DNA of 64,000 nucleotides from Octopus sinensis (Eukaryota). The position numbers and the translations under genes are program-made. The notes under the pieces are model-generated. The model saw only the letters and a program-made list of their open reading frames with translations. It made no database searches and was not told the origin of the DNA. The stretch covers positions 26,164,001 through 26,228,000 of the forward strand of contig NC_043018.1 in NCBI RefSeq assembly GCF_006345805.1, in the 5' to 3' direction. Positions 50,637 through 63,666 of the stretch are shown here, in pieces (position 1 is the stretch's first letter; each line of letters opens with the position of its first letter).

Positions 50637-52284
50637 ATTGGGTACACCTTATAGAATTCCTGCTCACACCTTTCCTACAAATCAAATAGGGTCACCTACC
50701 TGACTGGGGTAGGATCCTGTCTGTTTTCTTGCATATTAGGACCAGAATCTTTGCTTAGTTAACCTTAAGGCCCTTAGATTTCAGGTTTTGCTTCCTCGCC
50801 TAAAATTTCTCTTTTAGCTCTGATATGGAATCTGCTATGAAGGCAAGATCATCAGCATATAGTAGTTCCCAGGGGCTACCTGTCTTGAATTCCTCTGTTA
50901 TGGCCTGCAGGATAATGATAAAAAGGAAGGGACTAAGGACTGAGCCTCGATGACCCCCCTACCTGTATACTAAATTCTTCACTGTACTTGTGGATAACTC
51001 TCACCTTACTGACAGCATCTTTGTACATAGCCTGTACAACTTTCACCAGCCACTCGTCTATCCCTCGCCTCCTCAAAGCCCGCCATACCACATGGTAGGG
51101 CAATCTATTGAAGGCTTCCTCTAGACCAGTGGTTTCCAAACGTTTTCGGGTTGCCACCCCTTGACATCCAAGCCACATTCAAGCACCCCCACTTCTTCTA
51201 ACCATCACAAACATCGACCTCTTTCTGAAGCATCAGTATTTCACAAATATAACTTAATGAACCCATTATTTTGTTGTTTTTACATGAATCACCACCCCAT
51301 TATCAATGCCCCCTTGGAACTTTCCACCACCCCCAGGGGCCGCAATAGCACCCACTTTGGTAACCACTGCTCTAGATCAACAAATGCCAAATATAATGGT
51401 TTATACTCAGCTAAGTACTTCTCTTGCAGTTGTCTGACTATGAAAATAGCATTAGTAGTGCTTCTTCCCCAGATGAAGCTGAACTGCATTTTGTTTAGCC
51501 TAATTCTCCTCCTAATTAATTGGGCTATAATGCTCTCCATAATTTTCATCACCTGGTCCAGGAGTTTGATGCCTCTATAACTGTTTCTCTCTAAAGCATT
51601 GCCCTTACCTTTGTAGCAGCTAACAATTATGCTCCTGTGCCAGTCACTGGGTATTACACCTTCCTGAATGACGTGATTAATGATTAATTATGCAGGTGAC
51701 TCACTTGTATCCTACCTTACTGGATATTCTGAGCATCTCAGCTGTGATTCTGGATGGCCCAGGGGCTTTCCTGCTTTTCGTGTTTTTAATTGTCTTATCT
51801 ACCTTACTGCTATCCACTAGGATAGCCAGTTCTTCTGTTGGGTTCACATGGGGGAGACTCCCTTTATCCCATTCATTCTCTACACTCAACAGCCTCACAT
51901 AGTAACTTTTCCTGGTCTCTTTCTTGTCCACATCACCAAGTGTAAGCATCCCATTATCCATCCACACAAATTCCTTTCTTGCAATATCTTGGTTCTCAGT
52001 GACGAACTGTCTAGCAATCTGGAACACTTCAAGTCTCTGATCTTCATGCTGTAGGACATTGGCAAACCTCTTCTTTTTTGGTTTCTATCCCAGCTAGATA
52101 AGACTGACATCTAGCCTTCTTTTTTGCCTTCTGATATGACTCTTTGCTACTACCTCCTCGTTCCCACTCTTTCTAGCCCGTCTCTTCTCTATTATAGCCC
52201 TGTCAGTGTCACTGTTTCACTACCACATCACCCTTGGTCTGGCAGAGGCTTTGCTCCAACCATAGATTTGGTCTGCTGCCCTCA
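50637..52284 (-). mobile_element. Decayed internal fragment of the same RTE family as 1521-6370
   Basis: Collinear with the first copy (EDQRLEVF, KAPGPS, YRGIKLLDQV, WELLYADDL, start of the PHD finger), with several stops and frameshifts. Confidence 0.9.
51127..51369. mobile_element. hAT-Charlie type MITE inserted in the decayed RTE
   Basis: TIRs CAGTGGTTTCCAAA and TTTGGTAACCACTG. TSD CTCTAGAC/CTCTAGAT. Removing it restores LAFVDLEEAFNR. Confidence 0.85.
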
Positions 52285-52525
52285 GTATATGTGTATATGT
52301 TTGTGTGTCTGTGTTTGTACCACCCCAACATCACTTGACAACCGATGCTAGTGTGTTTACATCCCTGTAACTAAGCAGTTTTGCAAAAGAGACAAATGGA
52401 ATATGTACTAGGCTTACAAAGAATAAGTGCTAGGGTTGATTTGCTTGACTAAAGGCAGTGCTCCAGCATGGCTGCAGTCAAATGACTGAAACAAGTAAAA
52501 GAAAATGTACTAGTTTAACAAACAC

Positions 52526-52740
<215 letters not shown>

Positions 52741-52755
52741 GATAGATAATTGCAT

Positions 52756-53474
52756 TCACTGGCACATAAAAAGCACCATCCGAGCATGGTTGATGCCAGG
52801 TCCGGTTGACTGGCTCCTGTGCCAGAGGCATATAAAAGGCACCATCCAAATGTGGCCAATGCCAGTACCCACTGACCTGATCTCATGCCAGTGGCATATA
52901 GAAAGCACCATCCAAACGTGGCCAATGCCAATACCCCCTGACTGGCCCCCATACCAGTGGCACGTAAAAAGCACTATCCAAACATGAGCAATGCCAGTAC
53001 CCCCTGACTGGCCCCCATACCAGTGGCACATAAAAAGCACTATCCAAACGTGGCCAATGCCAATACCCCCTGACTGGCCCCCATACCAGTGGCACGTAAA
53101 AAGCACTATCCAAACATGAGCAATGCCAGTACCCCCTGACTGGCCCCCATACCAGTGGCACATAAAAAGCACTATCCAAACGTGGCCAATGCCAATACCC
53201 CCTGACTGGCCCCCATACCAGTGGCACGTAAAAAGCACTATCCAAACATGAGCAATGCCAGTACCCCCTGACTGGCTCCTGTGCTGGTAGCATGTAAAAA
53301 ACAGCCACTACACTGTTGGAGTGGTTGGCATTAGAATGGGCATCCAGCTGTAGAAACATCGCCAGATCAAATTGGAGCCTGGTGCTGCCGTTGACTCTCC
53401 AGACCTCAGTCAAACTGTCCAACCTGTACAAGCATGGAAAGCAGACGTTAAACGATTATGATGATGATGATGAT
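52756..53474 (+). mobile_element. RTE 3' UTR fragment with eight 66 bp tandem units and (GAT)n tail
   Basis: The GGCAC/GGCAT core recurs every 66 bp from about 52761 to 53223, and the last units alternate between two variants. It is followed by the standard RTE 3' end. Confidence 0.85.
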
Positions 53475-53761
53475 GTAAAATTCTTAAGTCTTTTACTGTC
53501 AACATTTTGTTTACTGTGTGGTGGGGGTCAACTTTCTTAAAATTAACATCTTTCATGACGAGTGTTTTGGTTGTTAAGAACAACATTCGACTGACTAAAT
53601 CACTTGGCTACAGGAATTTATGTAAATGTCTGAAGTTTCAAAGACATCCAACTGATTCTTAGTACAAGCAAGCATGCAATAATTTTTAAAAATCATATTT
53701 AATTTTGTTTTAAATTCAGACTATTTTGGCTAATTGCCATTCTTTTTTTTTTTTTAACCAG

Positions 53762-53770
53762 AAATCAATG
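53762..53770 (+). CDS. unc-13: Candidate 9-nt unc-13 microexon (E-I-N in phase 1)
   Basis: CTAAT branch point, TGC, long T tract, and ccag|AAATCAATG|gttaat. The donor is weak. Confidence 0.4.
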
Positions 53771-54060
53771 GTTAATGATTATATCACATTTTCACAGGAA
53801 TATTTGAGGTTTTTTTTTACTTTTAGTTTTTACCATATTTAAAAACTTTTTATTTTTACTTTTTAAATGCATATATATATATATACATATATATGCGCGT
53901 GTGTGTGTTATATATATATATATATATGCATATATATATATGGCAAGGCGAAATGTATAACATTACCTCATAGGACATATTGAGTTCTATTATTAAAGAA
54001 ACCATGTTTATCAAAATCTTCAAATGTGATTCCTAAATTTTATTGATTTAAAAAATAAAG

Positions 54061-54094
<34 letters not shown>

Positions 54095-54651
54095 TTGTGT
54101 CTGTATCATGATATTATCTATAGTAGTAATATATAATATTTTTTAATGTTTCTAATTGAAATCTGTCTTTCTTTGTACACACACACACACATTAATACAT
54201 ACATATACACACATGCATACACATATGCACACACACACACACATATGCATACATATGTATAAAATGTACACATGTATATATATATATAAATATATATGTA
54301 TATAATATATACATGTGTGTATACATGCATGTGCATACATTTTATGTACCAAAATACATATACACATACATTTATATATATATATATATTACGCACACGT
54401 ATCTTAATTAAAGTCTATGTTTCGTGACATAACTGCACGATCGAGAGACAAAAAAAGAAAACAAAAATAACAAAAGAATGTTTGAAGTTTCTGGAATTTT
54501 ATTTCGAAAACTTATTTAAAACGAAAACTCGAAAACTTGTACAACCGAAGACAGTTTTGTTTTTAAATTAATTTTATTACAGGTGATATGTAATTAATGT
54601 ATATTGAATTTTTTCCTTTCTCTTTTTTTCCTTTCTTCTTCAACTCGAAAG

Positions 54652-54663
54652 CTGATTGGGAAG
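54652..54663 (+). CDS. unc-13: Candidate 12-nt unc-13 microexon (A-D-W-E in phase 1)
   Basis: Long pyrimidine tract and aag|CTGATTGGGAAG|gtattt. Paralogous to 40935-40943. Confidence 0.58.
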
Positions 54664-55017
54664 GTATTTATAAATTTATATATTTATATTCTTCATAAAT
54701 CCAAGCTTAATCTTGTTGTCTTCCTTCTTTCTGTTTTTGTTTTTTCTTTCTCTTCTCCGCTCACATACTCAGTATCTGCTTTGCCTCTATTGCCTTGCAT
54801 TGCTTTATTTTTAAAAAAACCAGAATTTCTTTTAAATTTCCATGTTACAGTATATTTAGCTTTAGAAAGTGTTATTGTTTGTTTGTCTTTTTTTTGTTGT
54901 TACATTTTCCAACTTACTTTGGTAGTCTATTCCCTCTACTGCATACAGAAATTCTATAGTATAAAATTGGTATATGGAAATCCTTTATTATTATTATTAT
55001 TTTTAATATTATTATTA

Positions 55018-55050
<33 letters not shown>

Positions 55051-55054
55051 TATT

Positions 55055-55416
55055 GAGTGAGAGAGTAGTGCTTGCCATCAAAGTGACACTGCGATAAAAT
55101 ATACGAAGCTCAGTATACCCATCATGACTACCCATCAGATAAGGGAACACTAGGCACATGCATCACAACCATATATGTGTGATATGCTGATCTCATATCA
55201 AGATGTACAGCACATGACCTTACAGGCAGGGCCTTGTTAGAATTTTCTTGCTCAATTGATTAAGGTCAAGCAACTGACAAGCAAATCTGTGGTATTGAGC
55301 AGAACATTTGCTGTAGCCCATCTTTTATACCAAGACAAATCAATGTACATGATAACACTTGCAATCAATTAAGATCAGAAGCCATGAGAGCCACTGCCTG
55401 GTACTGCATCAGAGCA
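55055..55416 (-). mobile_element. Unclassified interspersed repeat embedded in (TAA)n, with a partial second copy at about 55602-55722
   Basis: Two copies share GAGTGAGAGAG...GCCATCAAAGTGACACTG...CACATGCATCACAACCAT, each abutting (TTA)n. Confidence 0.6.
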
Positions 55417-55867
55417 TTTATTATTATTGTTATTATTATGCCAAGGCCAACTTTGCTTTTCATCCTTCCAGAGTTGATAAAATAAGCACCAGTTGAACAC
55501 CATGGTTGATTTAGTTGACTTAACCCCTTCCCCAAAACCGCTGGCCTTGTTCCAAAATTTGAAATCATCATTATTATTATTATTATTATTATTATATTAT
55601 TGAGTGAGAGAGCTGCACATGCCATCAAAGTGACACTGCTGTACAATTATACGAAGACCAATATACCCATCATGACTGCCCATCCGATAAGGGTGCACCA
55701 GGCACATGCATCACAACCATGTCCCTTCTTTTCAGTGTATACTGTGTTTACTTTCTTTCACTTTTCATTTATTATTTCATTACATGTAAACCTCTACACT
55801 TTATGTTTGTCTTTGTATTATCCCCTTCATCCTTCGCGCTTGTGACAAATAAATGAAACCATTATTA

Positions 55868-55922
<55 letters not shown>

Positions 55923-56503
55923 TACTATTATTATTATTCATCTAGAGTCTCATCTTGGTCTATTGGTCACATTGTTTCAGTCATTGCATTTCTGTATTCC
56001 AATTTTCTTCTGGTGCCTTCTATTATATTCAATATTCTTCATGGAATCTGAAACCAGAACCCTTTATTAAATCTCCAGGTTTTGGTAGATTCTTTTCCTC
56101 CTATTGTCTGAAAGAAATGGGACTATAACAATCAGGATGAGGACACTAGTTTAAATATATCGCTGCCAATGCCTATAGTCTTAACAATGCCTATAGCTTG
56201 GCAGTAACTATAGGCTTAGCATACTGAAGCTATGGTCCCAAAATCTAAAGGGCCCCCAGACTAAAGCATATGATTTATGTCACACAGTCATATTGTCCAG
56301 CTTGGGTTCCATCCTGAAAGGAAAGGACCTCTCAAGTGGAATAGTCTAGGGGTTCTGTTCACCTACATCTGACACTAATCAGTGTATTGAAATGGTAATT
56401 CTTCAAGTCGAAGATTCAGGCAGAAATTCTTCATTTTTGCTCCATGTGTATATTAGAGATAAATTTGTTCTCATTTGGTTTTCCCTACTTACTGATGCTA
56501 TAT

Positions 56504-56544
<41 letters not shown>

Positions 56545-56795
56545 CATACACATAGACATATAATAATCAGGAACACGGTTGTAAATTCACACTAGAATAG
56601 ATATGTATATAGATGAGTAGAGATGAATTACCAATATTTTATTTTATTCTATTTTATTTTATTTCATCTTTCCAATTTACCAAATATTGATTGATTAAAT
56701 GTAGAAAAAGGAAAAACTAAGCATTTCTTGTAAAAATTTTCCACACCACTGTTGCTTTTATAAATTATTTATATCTCCTGTTATTTAGAAGTGCA

Positions 56796-56836
<41 letters not shown>

Positions 56837-57433
56837 ATGATATTTGCATTGTTGGAATTATGTTCTTCGATTTTTGTTGTTGTTGTTGCTGTTGTCTTTT
56901 CATTCATTCATTTCGTACTACAATTTCATTTGGCGGAAATACTATCTTTTATTGACCTTTTTCACCGTTGTTAGCGGCAGTTGCAACAACACTTCATACA
57001 CTTTTACCCTGCAGTATTCCAGTTTGATAGACCAGCATGATAGTCTCCTTTTATATTTTTACATTCTCGGAGACGGTTGATGGTGGTGGCAGTGGCAGTG
57101 GTGGTGGTGGTGGTGGGTAGAATGAAGTGTGAGTGTGTTTGTGCATATATATATATATATATTATATATATTATATATATATATATATAATATATGTACA
57201 GTCACAAACATATATGTATGTGTATGTATATATATATATGTGTGTGTGTGTGTATATATATATGTATATATATATATTATATATATATATATTATATATA
57301 TATATGTTTATATATATATATACATGTATATATACATATGTACATATATATATATATATATATATGTTTATATATATATACATGTATATATAATATGTAC
57401 ATATATATATATACATATATGTACATATATGTG

Positions 57434-57469
<36 letters not shown>

Positions 57470-57724
57470 TATGTGTGTATATATAAATATATATATGAAT
57501 GTATGTATATGTGTATATATAAATATATATATGAATGTATGTATGTATATATATGTGTATATACAAATATATATATGAATGTATGTATGTATATATATAT
57601 ATATATTTATATACACACATATGTATGTGTATATATAAATATATATATGAATGTATGTATGTATATATATATATTTATACACACACATATGTATGTGTAT
57701 ATATAAAGATATATATGAATCTAT

Positions 57725-57766
<42 letters not shown>

Positions 57767-58258
57767 TCATAGATATATGTATAATTACATACATATATTT
57801 GAGTAGCCACTTTCCGCTTTTCTATTTTTTGCTTGGACCCCATTAGTTATATACTCATTGTAGTCTGATGAATCTTCATCTTATACTTTTCTTGACCTAT
57901 ATTTCTTTCTTTCTTCCTCTTCCCCGTCTCTTTCCTTCTCTCTCTCTCTCATCACATGACAAGTGTTCAGCAAGTATTTCACCTAGTTCTCATTCTCATC
58001 TTCCTGCAGCTTGCACTGCTCATCCCTGGTCTTTTCCAATGCTATCAACTATTTAATGCATTTCGTTCCTAACAATCCAAATCACTCAAGTAAATTTGAA
58101 ATTTTTTTCCTTTTCTTTCTTTGATATATATATATATATATATATACACAGACACACACACACATACCCTGTAATTGTTTTTTCTCTTTCTCTTCTGTAG
58201 TGTTTTTTCTATATTGCACTGATAATACTTTTTCTGGATTGTTCTGCTTTTTAGTCAG

Positions 58259-58276
58259 AAGAGATCCAACTCTTAC
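58259..58276 (+). CDS. unc-13: Candidate short unc-13 exon (E-E-I-Q-L-L in phase 1, or E-E-I-Q-L-L-R-K-L-V-Q if it extends to 58291)
   Basis: TGC-containing pyrimidine tract and tagtcag|AAGAGATCCAACTCTTAC|gtaaat. Both donor choices preserve the frame. The peptide resembles the post-C2A helix EEARYWAKKLEQ (recalled). Confidence 0.45.
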
Positions 58277-58433
58277 GTAAATTAGTGCAAAGTACTTTGT
58301 ACATTTGAAAAGTGTCTATCTTTGAAATTAAACCATTGCGAAATAATTGCAAAGAACGCCAGCATATTTGATGCAGGGAAACAAAAAGAGGACATTTTTC
58401 TATGATACAACATTACCCTTGTTATGAGAAGAG

Positions 58434-58815
58434 AGGATCGTGGATGGCCCAGTGGTTAGGGCAGCGGACTCACGGTCGTAAGATCGTGGTTTCGATTCCC
58501 AGACCGGGCGTTGTGAGTGTTTGTTGAGCGAAAGCACCTAAAGCTCCACGAGGCTCCGGCAGGGATGGTGGTGTTCCCTGCTGTACTCTTTCACCACAAC
58601 TTTCTCTCACTCTTACTTCCTGTTTCTGTTGTACCTGTATTTCAAAGGGCCGGCCTTGTCACTCTCTGTGTCGCGCTGAATATCCCCGAGAACTACGTTA
58701 AGGGTACACGTGTCTGTGGAGTGCTCAGCCACTTACACGTTAATTTCACGAGCAGGCTGTTCCATTGATCGGATCAATCGGAACCCTCGTCATCGTAACC
58801 GACGGAGTGCTTCCA
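58434..58815 (+). mobile_element. tRNA-derived SINE, family C, full length
   Basis: A box TGGCCCAGTGG and B box GGTTTCGATTCC, followed by a non-tRNA body. Confidence 0.85.
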
Positions 58816-59281
58816 CACGATAATTAAATTAAACCTGGTTAAAATTTGAATGATGCCTGCTGTAAGAAGACGGAAATGCTAACTCTTGAAGTATTAGTTC
58901 TATGAGTGCAGGCATGGTTGAGAAGTTTGCTTCCCAACCACATGGTTCTGGGTTCAGTCCTACTGTGTGGCACCTTGAGCAAGTGTCTGTTACTATAGAC
59001 CCAGACCAACCAAAAGCCTGGTGAGATTTCGTAGATGGAAGCTGAAAGAAGCTTATTTCTTTCCTTTCTCACTCCTCTCCATCTGTCTGTCTGTCTCTCT
59101 CTCTCTCTACCTACCTATCCATCCATCTATCCATCTGGGTGGTTGATGTTAAGGGCATCCAGCTGTAAAAATCTTGCCAAAACAGACACAGAAGTCTGGT
59201 GCAGGCTTCTGCCTGGCCAACTCCTGTCAAACCATCCAACCCATGCCAGCATGGAAGGTGGATATTAAACATTGAAGATGA

Positions 59282-59333
<52 letters not shown>

Positions 59334-59804
59334 ATGTTTGTGTCTCCTTGTCTTGACATTGTGGTAGTTGTAAATGATTGTCAATGTCATAGAATCAGTG
59401 TTATGCCTCTCCAATGTCCTGCAAGAAAATGTCTTACCTTGAGGAAATATTACCTCATAAACCCTCACCTGTTTTCAAGTGTGAACTAGTGATGGAAGAG
59501 CATCCAGCCATAGAAAATCTGCCTCAATAAACTTCATCCAACTTGTGTAAGCATGGAAATGTAGATGTTAAGGTGGTGATGATGATTAATATTGATTTAA
59601 TTAGACCTTTTGGCAAGCTTGGTGGTAGATCTAGGCATGTTTCAGTCTTATTAGAGCTCCTTAGCGAAACTTTATTGTGTCCTGTACATGCTAAATTTAA
59701 GGATTCAAGGTCTCCATCTGTCATAGCTGGTCATGGATTTCAGCACTGGGAATGTTCTTCTCCAAGGTGCAAGGAGGTGCAACCTCGTTAAAATGATAAC
59801 AGTG

Positions 59805-59835
<31 letters not shown>

Positions 59836-59850
59836 TAACAATAATAATAG

Positions 59851-60236
59851 AAAAATATTGAAAGATCTTGAAATAGAAATCAGCAAAATGTGGAACCTGA
59901 AGACTAAAACAATACCTGTTGTCATAGGTGCCTTGGGAATGATAGCAAAAGGGGCTGATTGCTACCTAACTCAGATACCAGGAAACCCAAAATGGCAGAA
60001 ATTCAAAAGATAGTGTTCATGGGAACTGCTCATATCCTACACAAAATACTTTCTTTGTAATCTCAAGGTTTAAAACAAACATAATTTTTTTTTTTTAGAC
60101 ATCCAAAAACAAACAACTGAATATATGGCACACTAGGCATAACAACAACATGAACTTCCAACCTGTTGTCTCTTGAGGTCTCTGGGTGAGACTTGGAGCC
60201 AACTTGTACAAATATAAAGCAAAAGTCAAATATAGA
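59851..60236 (+). mobile_element. 5'-truncated Dong/R4-clade LINE in (TAA)n, second copy
   Basis: Translates KDLEIEISKMWNLKTKTIPVVIGALGMI... with one frameshift. Same 3' UTR as 32004-32452, with (TAA)n on both sides. Confidence 0.85.
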
Positions 60237-60279
60237 ATAATAATAATAATAATAATAATAATGAAGTATTGTACCCAGT

Positions 60280-60311
<32 letters not shown>

Positions 60312-60347
60312 ACTCTCAGACTTACTTGCCTTATTTTCCCTCTAACC

Positions 60348-60682
60348 CAGCAGTTCATACCCAAGGTCCATATAAGATAGACAGGGGCCCACGTAACAAA
60401 ATAGTAAATTGGGGATCCACAACAGTATTTCAAGGGCCCTTGAAGAAATTTTGCTGTAGGTGTATCTATTGCTGTGTATTGCAAGAAACGGCTTGGTTTC
60501 TTCCTTTAACATTTTACATGGTTCAACCTACACAAGTTAATGTGAGAACAGCAAAATAAAAATTTTGAAAGAAGTTTCTGTAAAACTAGTTTTTAAACAT
60601 CGAATGGCTATGGGAGTCCACCAGAATAAAATAGGAATCAAAAGGGGTCTGTAGATAAAAAAAAAATGGTTGAGAATTCCTG
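60348..60682. mobile_element. hAT MITE (same family as 24419-24754)
   Basis: Right TIR GGTTGAGAATTCCTG. TSD CTCTAACC/CACTAACC. Confidence 0.75.
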
Positions 60683-61009
60683 CACTAACCCAAATGAACT
60701 CAGGGCAAAAGAAGGCCTCTTGGTAGGTGGTGTAATGATCACCCAAAGTGGCTGGAAATTGGTTAAATTGGCTTCTCTTTCTGTCACATTGTTGGAAAGG
60801 ACAGACATTTACCATCTCTATATAGTAATAACTGATATAAATGTTGGTTGGTTGGTTGGTTGATTTCTTTTAGTCATGCAGATCTATGATCGAATGCATT
60901 CTGCTGTGACCATCCTGCCTTTATTTCAAGCTGTCTCTGAGTGAGATTTGAGAGAAATTAGGCTGCTGTTTCTAGCAACCAAATCTTCATTGTCATTAAA
61001 TATATATTT

Positions 61010-61228
61010 TTTTATTACCCACAAGGGGCTAAACATAGAGGGGACAAACAAGGACAGACAAAGGGATTAAGTCGATTACATCGACCCCAGTGTGTAACTG
61101 GTACTTATTTAATCGACCCTGAAAGGATGAAAGGCAAAGTCGACCTCAGCGGAATTTGAACTTAGAACGTAGCGGCAGATGAAATGCCGCTAAGCATTTC
61201 GCCCGGCGCGCTAACGTTTCTGCCAGCT
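61010..61228 (-). mobile_element. SINE family A (young)
   Basis: Reverse complement of the family A consensus. Confidence 0.85.
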
Positions 61229-61989
61229 CTGTCATTAAATATAAGTGTTATACAAAAGTTACACCTTATGCTATTTAGCTCCATATATTGAGGTTAGTGG
61301 TTCAAATCCTACTTGGTTACAATACTCTCCTCTAGGCAGCTTGGTTTTCTTCTTTTATGTTTAATCCCAAATCAACCACGATTCATTAAACTGGCAATCA
61401 ATGCCCATGACTATCATAAATCATACCAATCGAGCAATCATGTTGATGCTTCCTCTTTGGCATTTGTGAACCTGATAGTTCTTGCACTACATAGAGCTTC
61501 AACCATTCTTATCGTTGGCAGTAACTGCCAGATATTTTCATTGGAAAATTGGATTAAGCACTTAGGAAGAAATTGAACGAATGCAAAGTTTGAAACCTAA
61601 AGTTGAATTGTGACCACTCGTCATTGACTAACTGACAGCAGCGTTATCTGTTTTTGAGTTCAGCGCCAGTATCTTACGAATATGGGTTATGTGCACTCTA
61701 GTCGTGCTGTGGAAGCAGTGGAATCTCGCCCCCCCCCCACTCCATCCCCCCTCTTCACCCACCACCCACGACGCTTTAAGGCAAAAAAAGATCCGTCAAC
61801 ATTGCAAGCTATTCTATCGCTATCAATCAACATTCATGCTATCGTACGACTAGATTTCATTGATGTAACTTTATCTCTGAATATGATGAGGTCATTTTTC
61901 TCATTTTTTTTGTTTTGTTCATCGAAGGATTTACCAAATTCTCTCTCTCTCTCTCTGTATATATATGTGTGTGTTATTATATATATATA

Positions 61990-62120
61990 TATATAATATA
62001 TTATATATGTGGTTGTGTGTGTGTTGTATATGTGTGTGTGTGTGTGTGTATTGGGTGTGTGTGTATATGTGTGGTGGTGTGGTTGTATATGTGTGTGTGT
62101 GTGTATATGTGGGTGTGGTG

Positions 62121-62174
<54 letters not shown>

Positions 62175-62370
62175 ATATGTGTGTGTGTGGTGGTGTTGTA
62201 TGTGTGTGTGTGTGTATGTGTATGTGTTGTGTGTGTATGTGTGTTGTGTGGTATGTGTGTGTGTGTGTGTTATATGTGTGTGTGTGTGTGTGTATATATG
62301 TGTGTGTGTGTGTGTGTATATATGTGTGTGTGTGTGTGTACACTTGTGTACATTATATACACCTATATAA

Positions 62371-62407
<37 letters not shown>

Positions 62408-62800
62408 TACATTTATATATTTATATAGACATATACATATGCATATATTTATATATACACAATCTCTCACACACACACACATATATATAGATATACATTT
62501 ATATATTTATATAGACATACATACATATATTTATATAGACATATACATATGCATATATTTATATATATACAATCACCACACATATATATAGATATACATT
62601 TACATATTTATATAGACATACATACATATATTTATATAGACATATACATATGCATATATTTATATATATACAATCACACACACATATATATAGATATACA
62701 TTTACATATTTATATAGACATACATACATATATTTTTATAGGCATATACATATGCATATATTTATATATACACAATCACACACACACACACATGTATACT
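61990..62800. repeat. Compound (TG)/(TA)/(CA) microsatellite with longer-period AT-rich repeats
   Basis: Visible directly. Confidence 0.9.
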
Positions 62801-63094
62801 AGAATTAATGAACTAACAAGAGAGATGTAATATGTCACCATGATTTCTGGTGGAGGCTGTTTTGTAATTGTAGGTTGAACTATCAAAATAGACAATTGCA
62901 TTAACGAGTTGCTAGAAATAGCAGCCCAAATCTCCCACCCTCAGGTCATATCCTCGCATGTTTAAAATGAAAGAAAGAATGCAATGAATAATGTAGTCGT
63001 ATTTATGCTATATCTGAGAAAAAGATGGGATGGTCATGGTTGGCATGTTAGTGATCATAGAACTTCTCAGTCATGGTTCATCTGGGAGTTAAAC

Positions 63095-63410
63095 AAATGT
63101 GGTTGTGAAGGTGGTTAGAGCATCGGGCTCACAATCATAAGGTAGTGAGTTCAATTCTTGGACCAGGTTGTGTATTGTGTTCTTGAGCAAGACACTCTAT
63201 TTCATGTTGCTCCAGTTCACTCAGCTGTAGAAATGAGTTGCGACGTCACTGGTGCCAAGCTGTATTGGCCATTGCCTTTCCCTTCGATAACATCAGTGGC
63301 ATGGAGAGGTGAGGCTGCTATGCATGGACAACCTTGCCTGGACTTGTGCCTTGGAGGGTAACTTTCTAGGTGCAATCCCATGGCCATTCATGACTGAAGT
63401 GGATCTTTAT
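63095..63410 (+). mobile_element. SINE family D
   Basis: tRNA-like head GGTGGTTAGAGCATCGGGCTC...GAGTTCAATTC and a body matching 30410-30746. Confidence 0.8.
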
Positions 63411-63604
63411 TCTTTACATACGTGGCTGGCTAGCTAGCTTCGGCAGAGTTTCCATGTATCCCTCTATTAGATTCTATTTTTATTATAGAAGCCTGTGTGA
63501 AGTATATTAGAAAATACCTGTCCAAGTTGCCATACAATGGGATTGAACCCAGAAACACAGAGTTGCACACACACTTCTTAACCATATGGCTATGCTTGTA
63601 CCTA

Positions 63605-63666
<62 letters not shown>

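Noticed and set aside
52756-53431. ORFs of 160-182 aa with repeated peptides
   Set aside because: They arise because the 66 bp unit is a multiple of three, and they lie in a LINE 3' UTR.
58434-58510. tRNA-like sequence with A and B boxes (also the other SINE heads)
   Set aside because: It continues into SINE bodies and is multi-copy, and I could not fold a complete cloverleaf. These are SINE heads, not tRNA genes.
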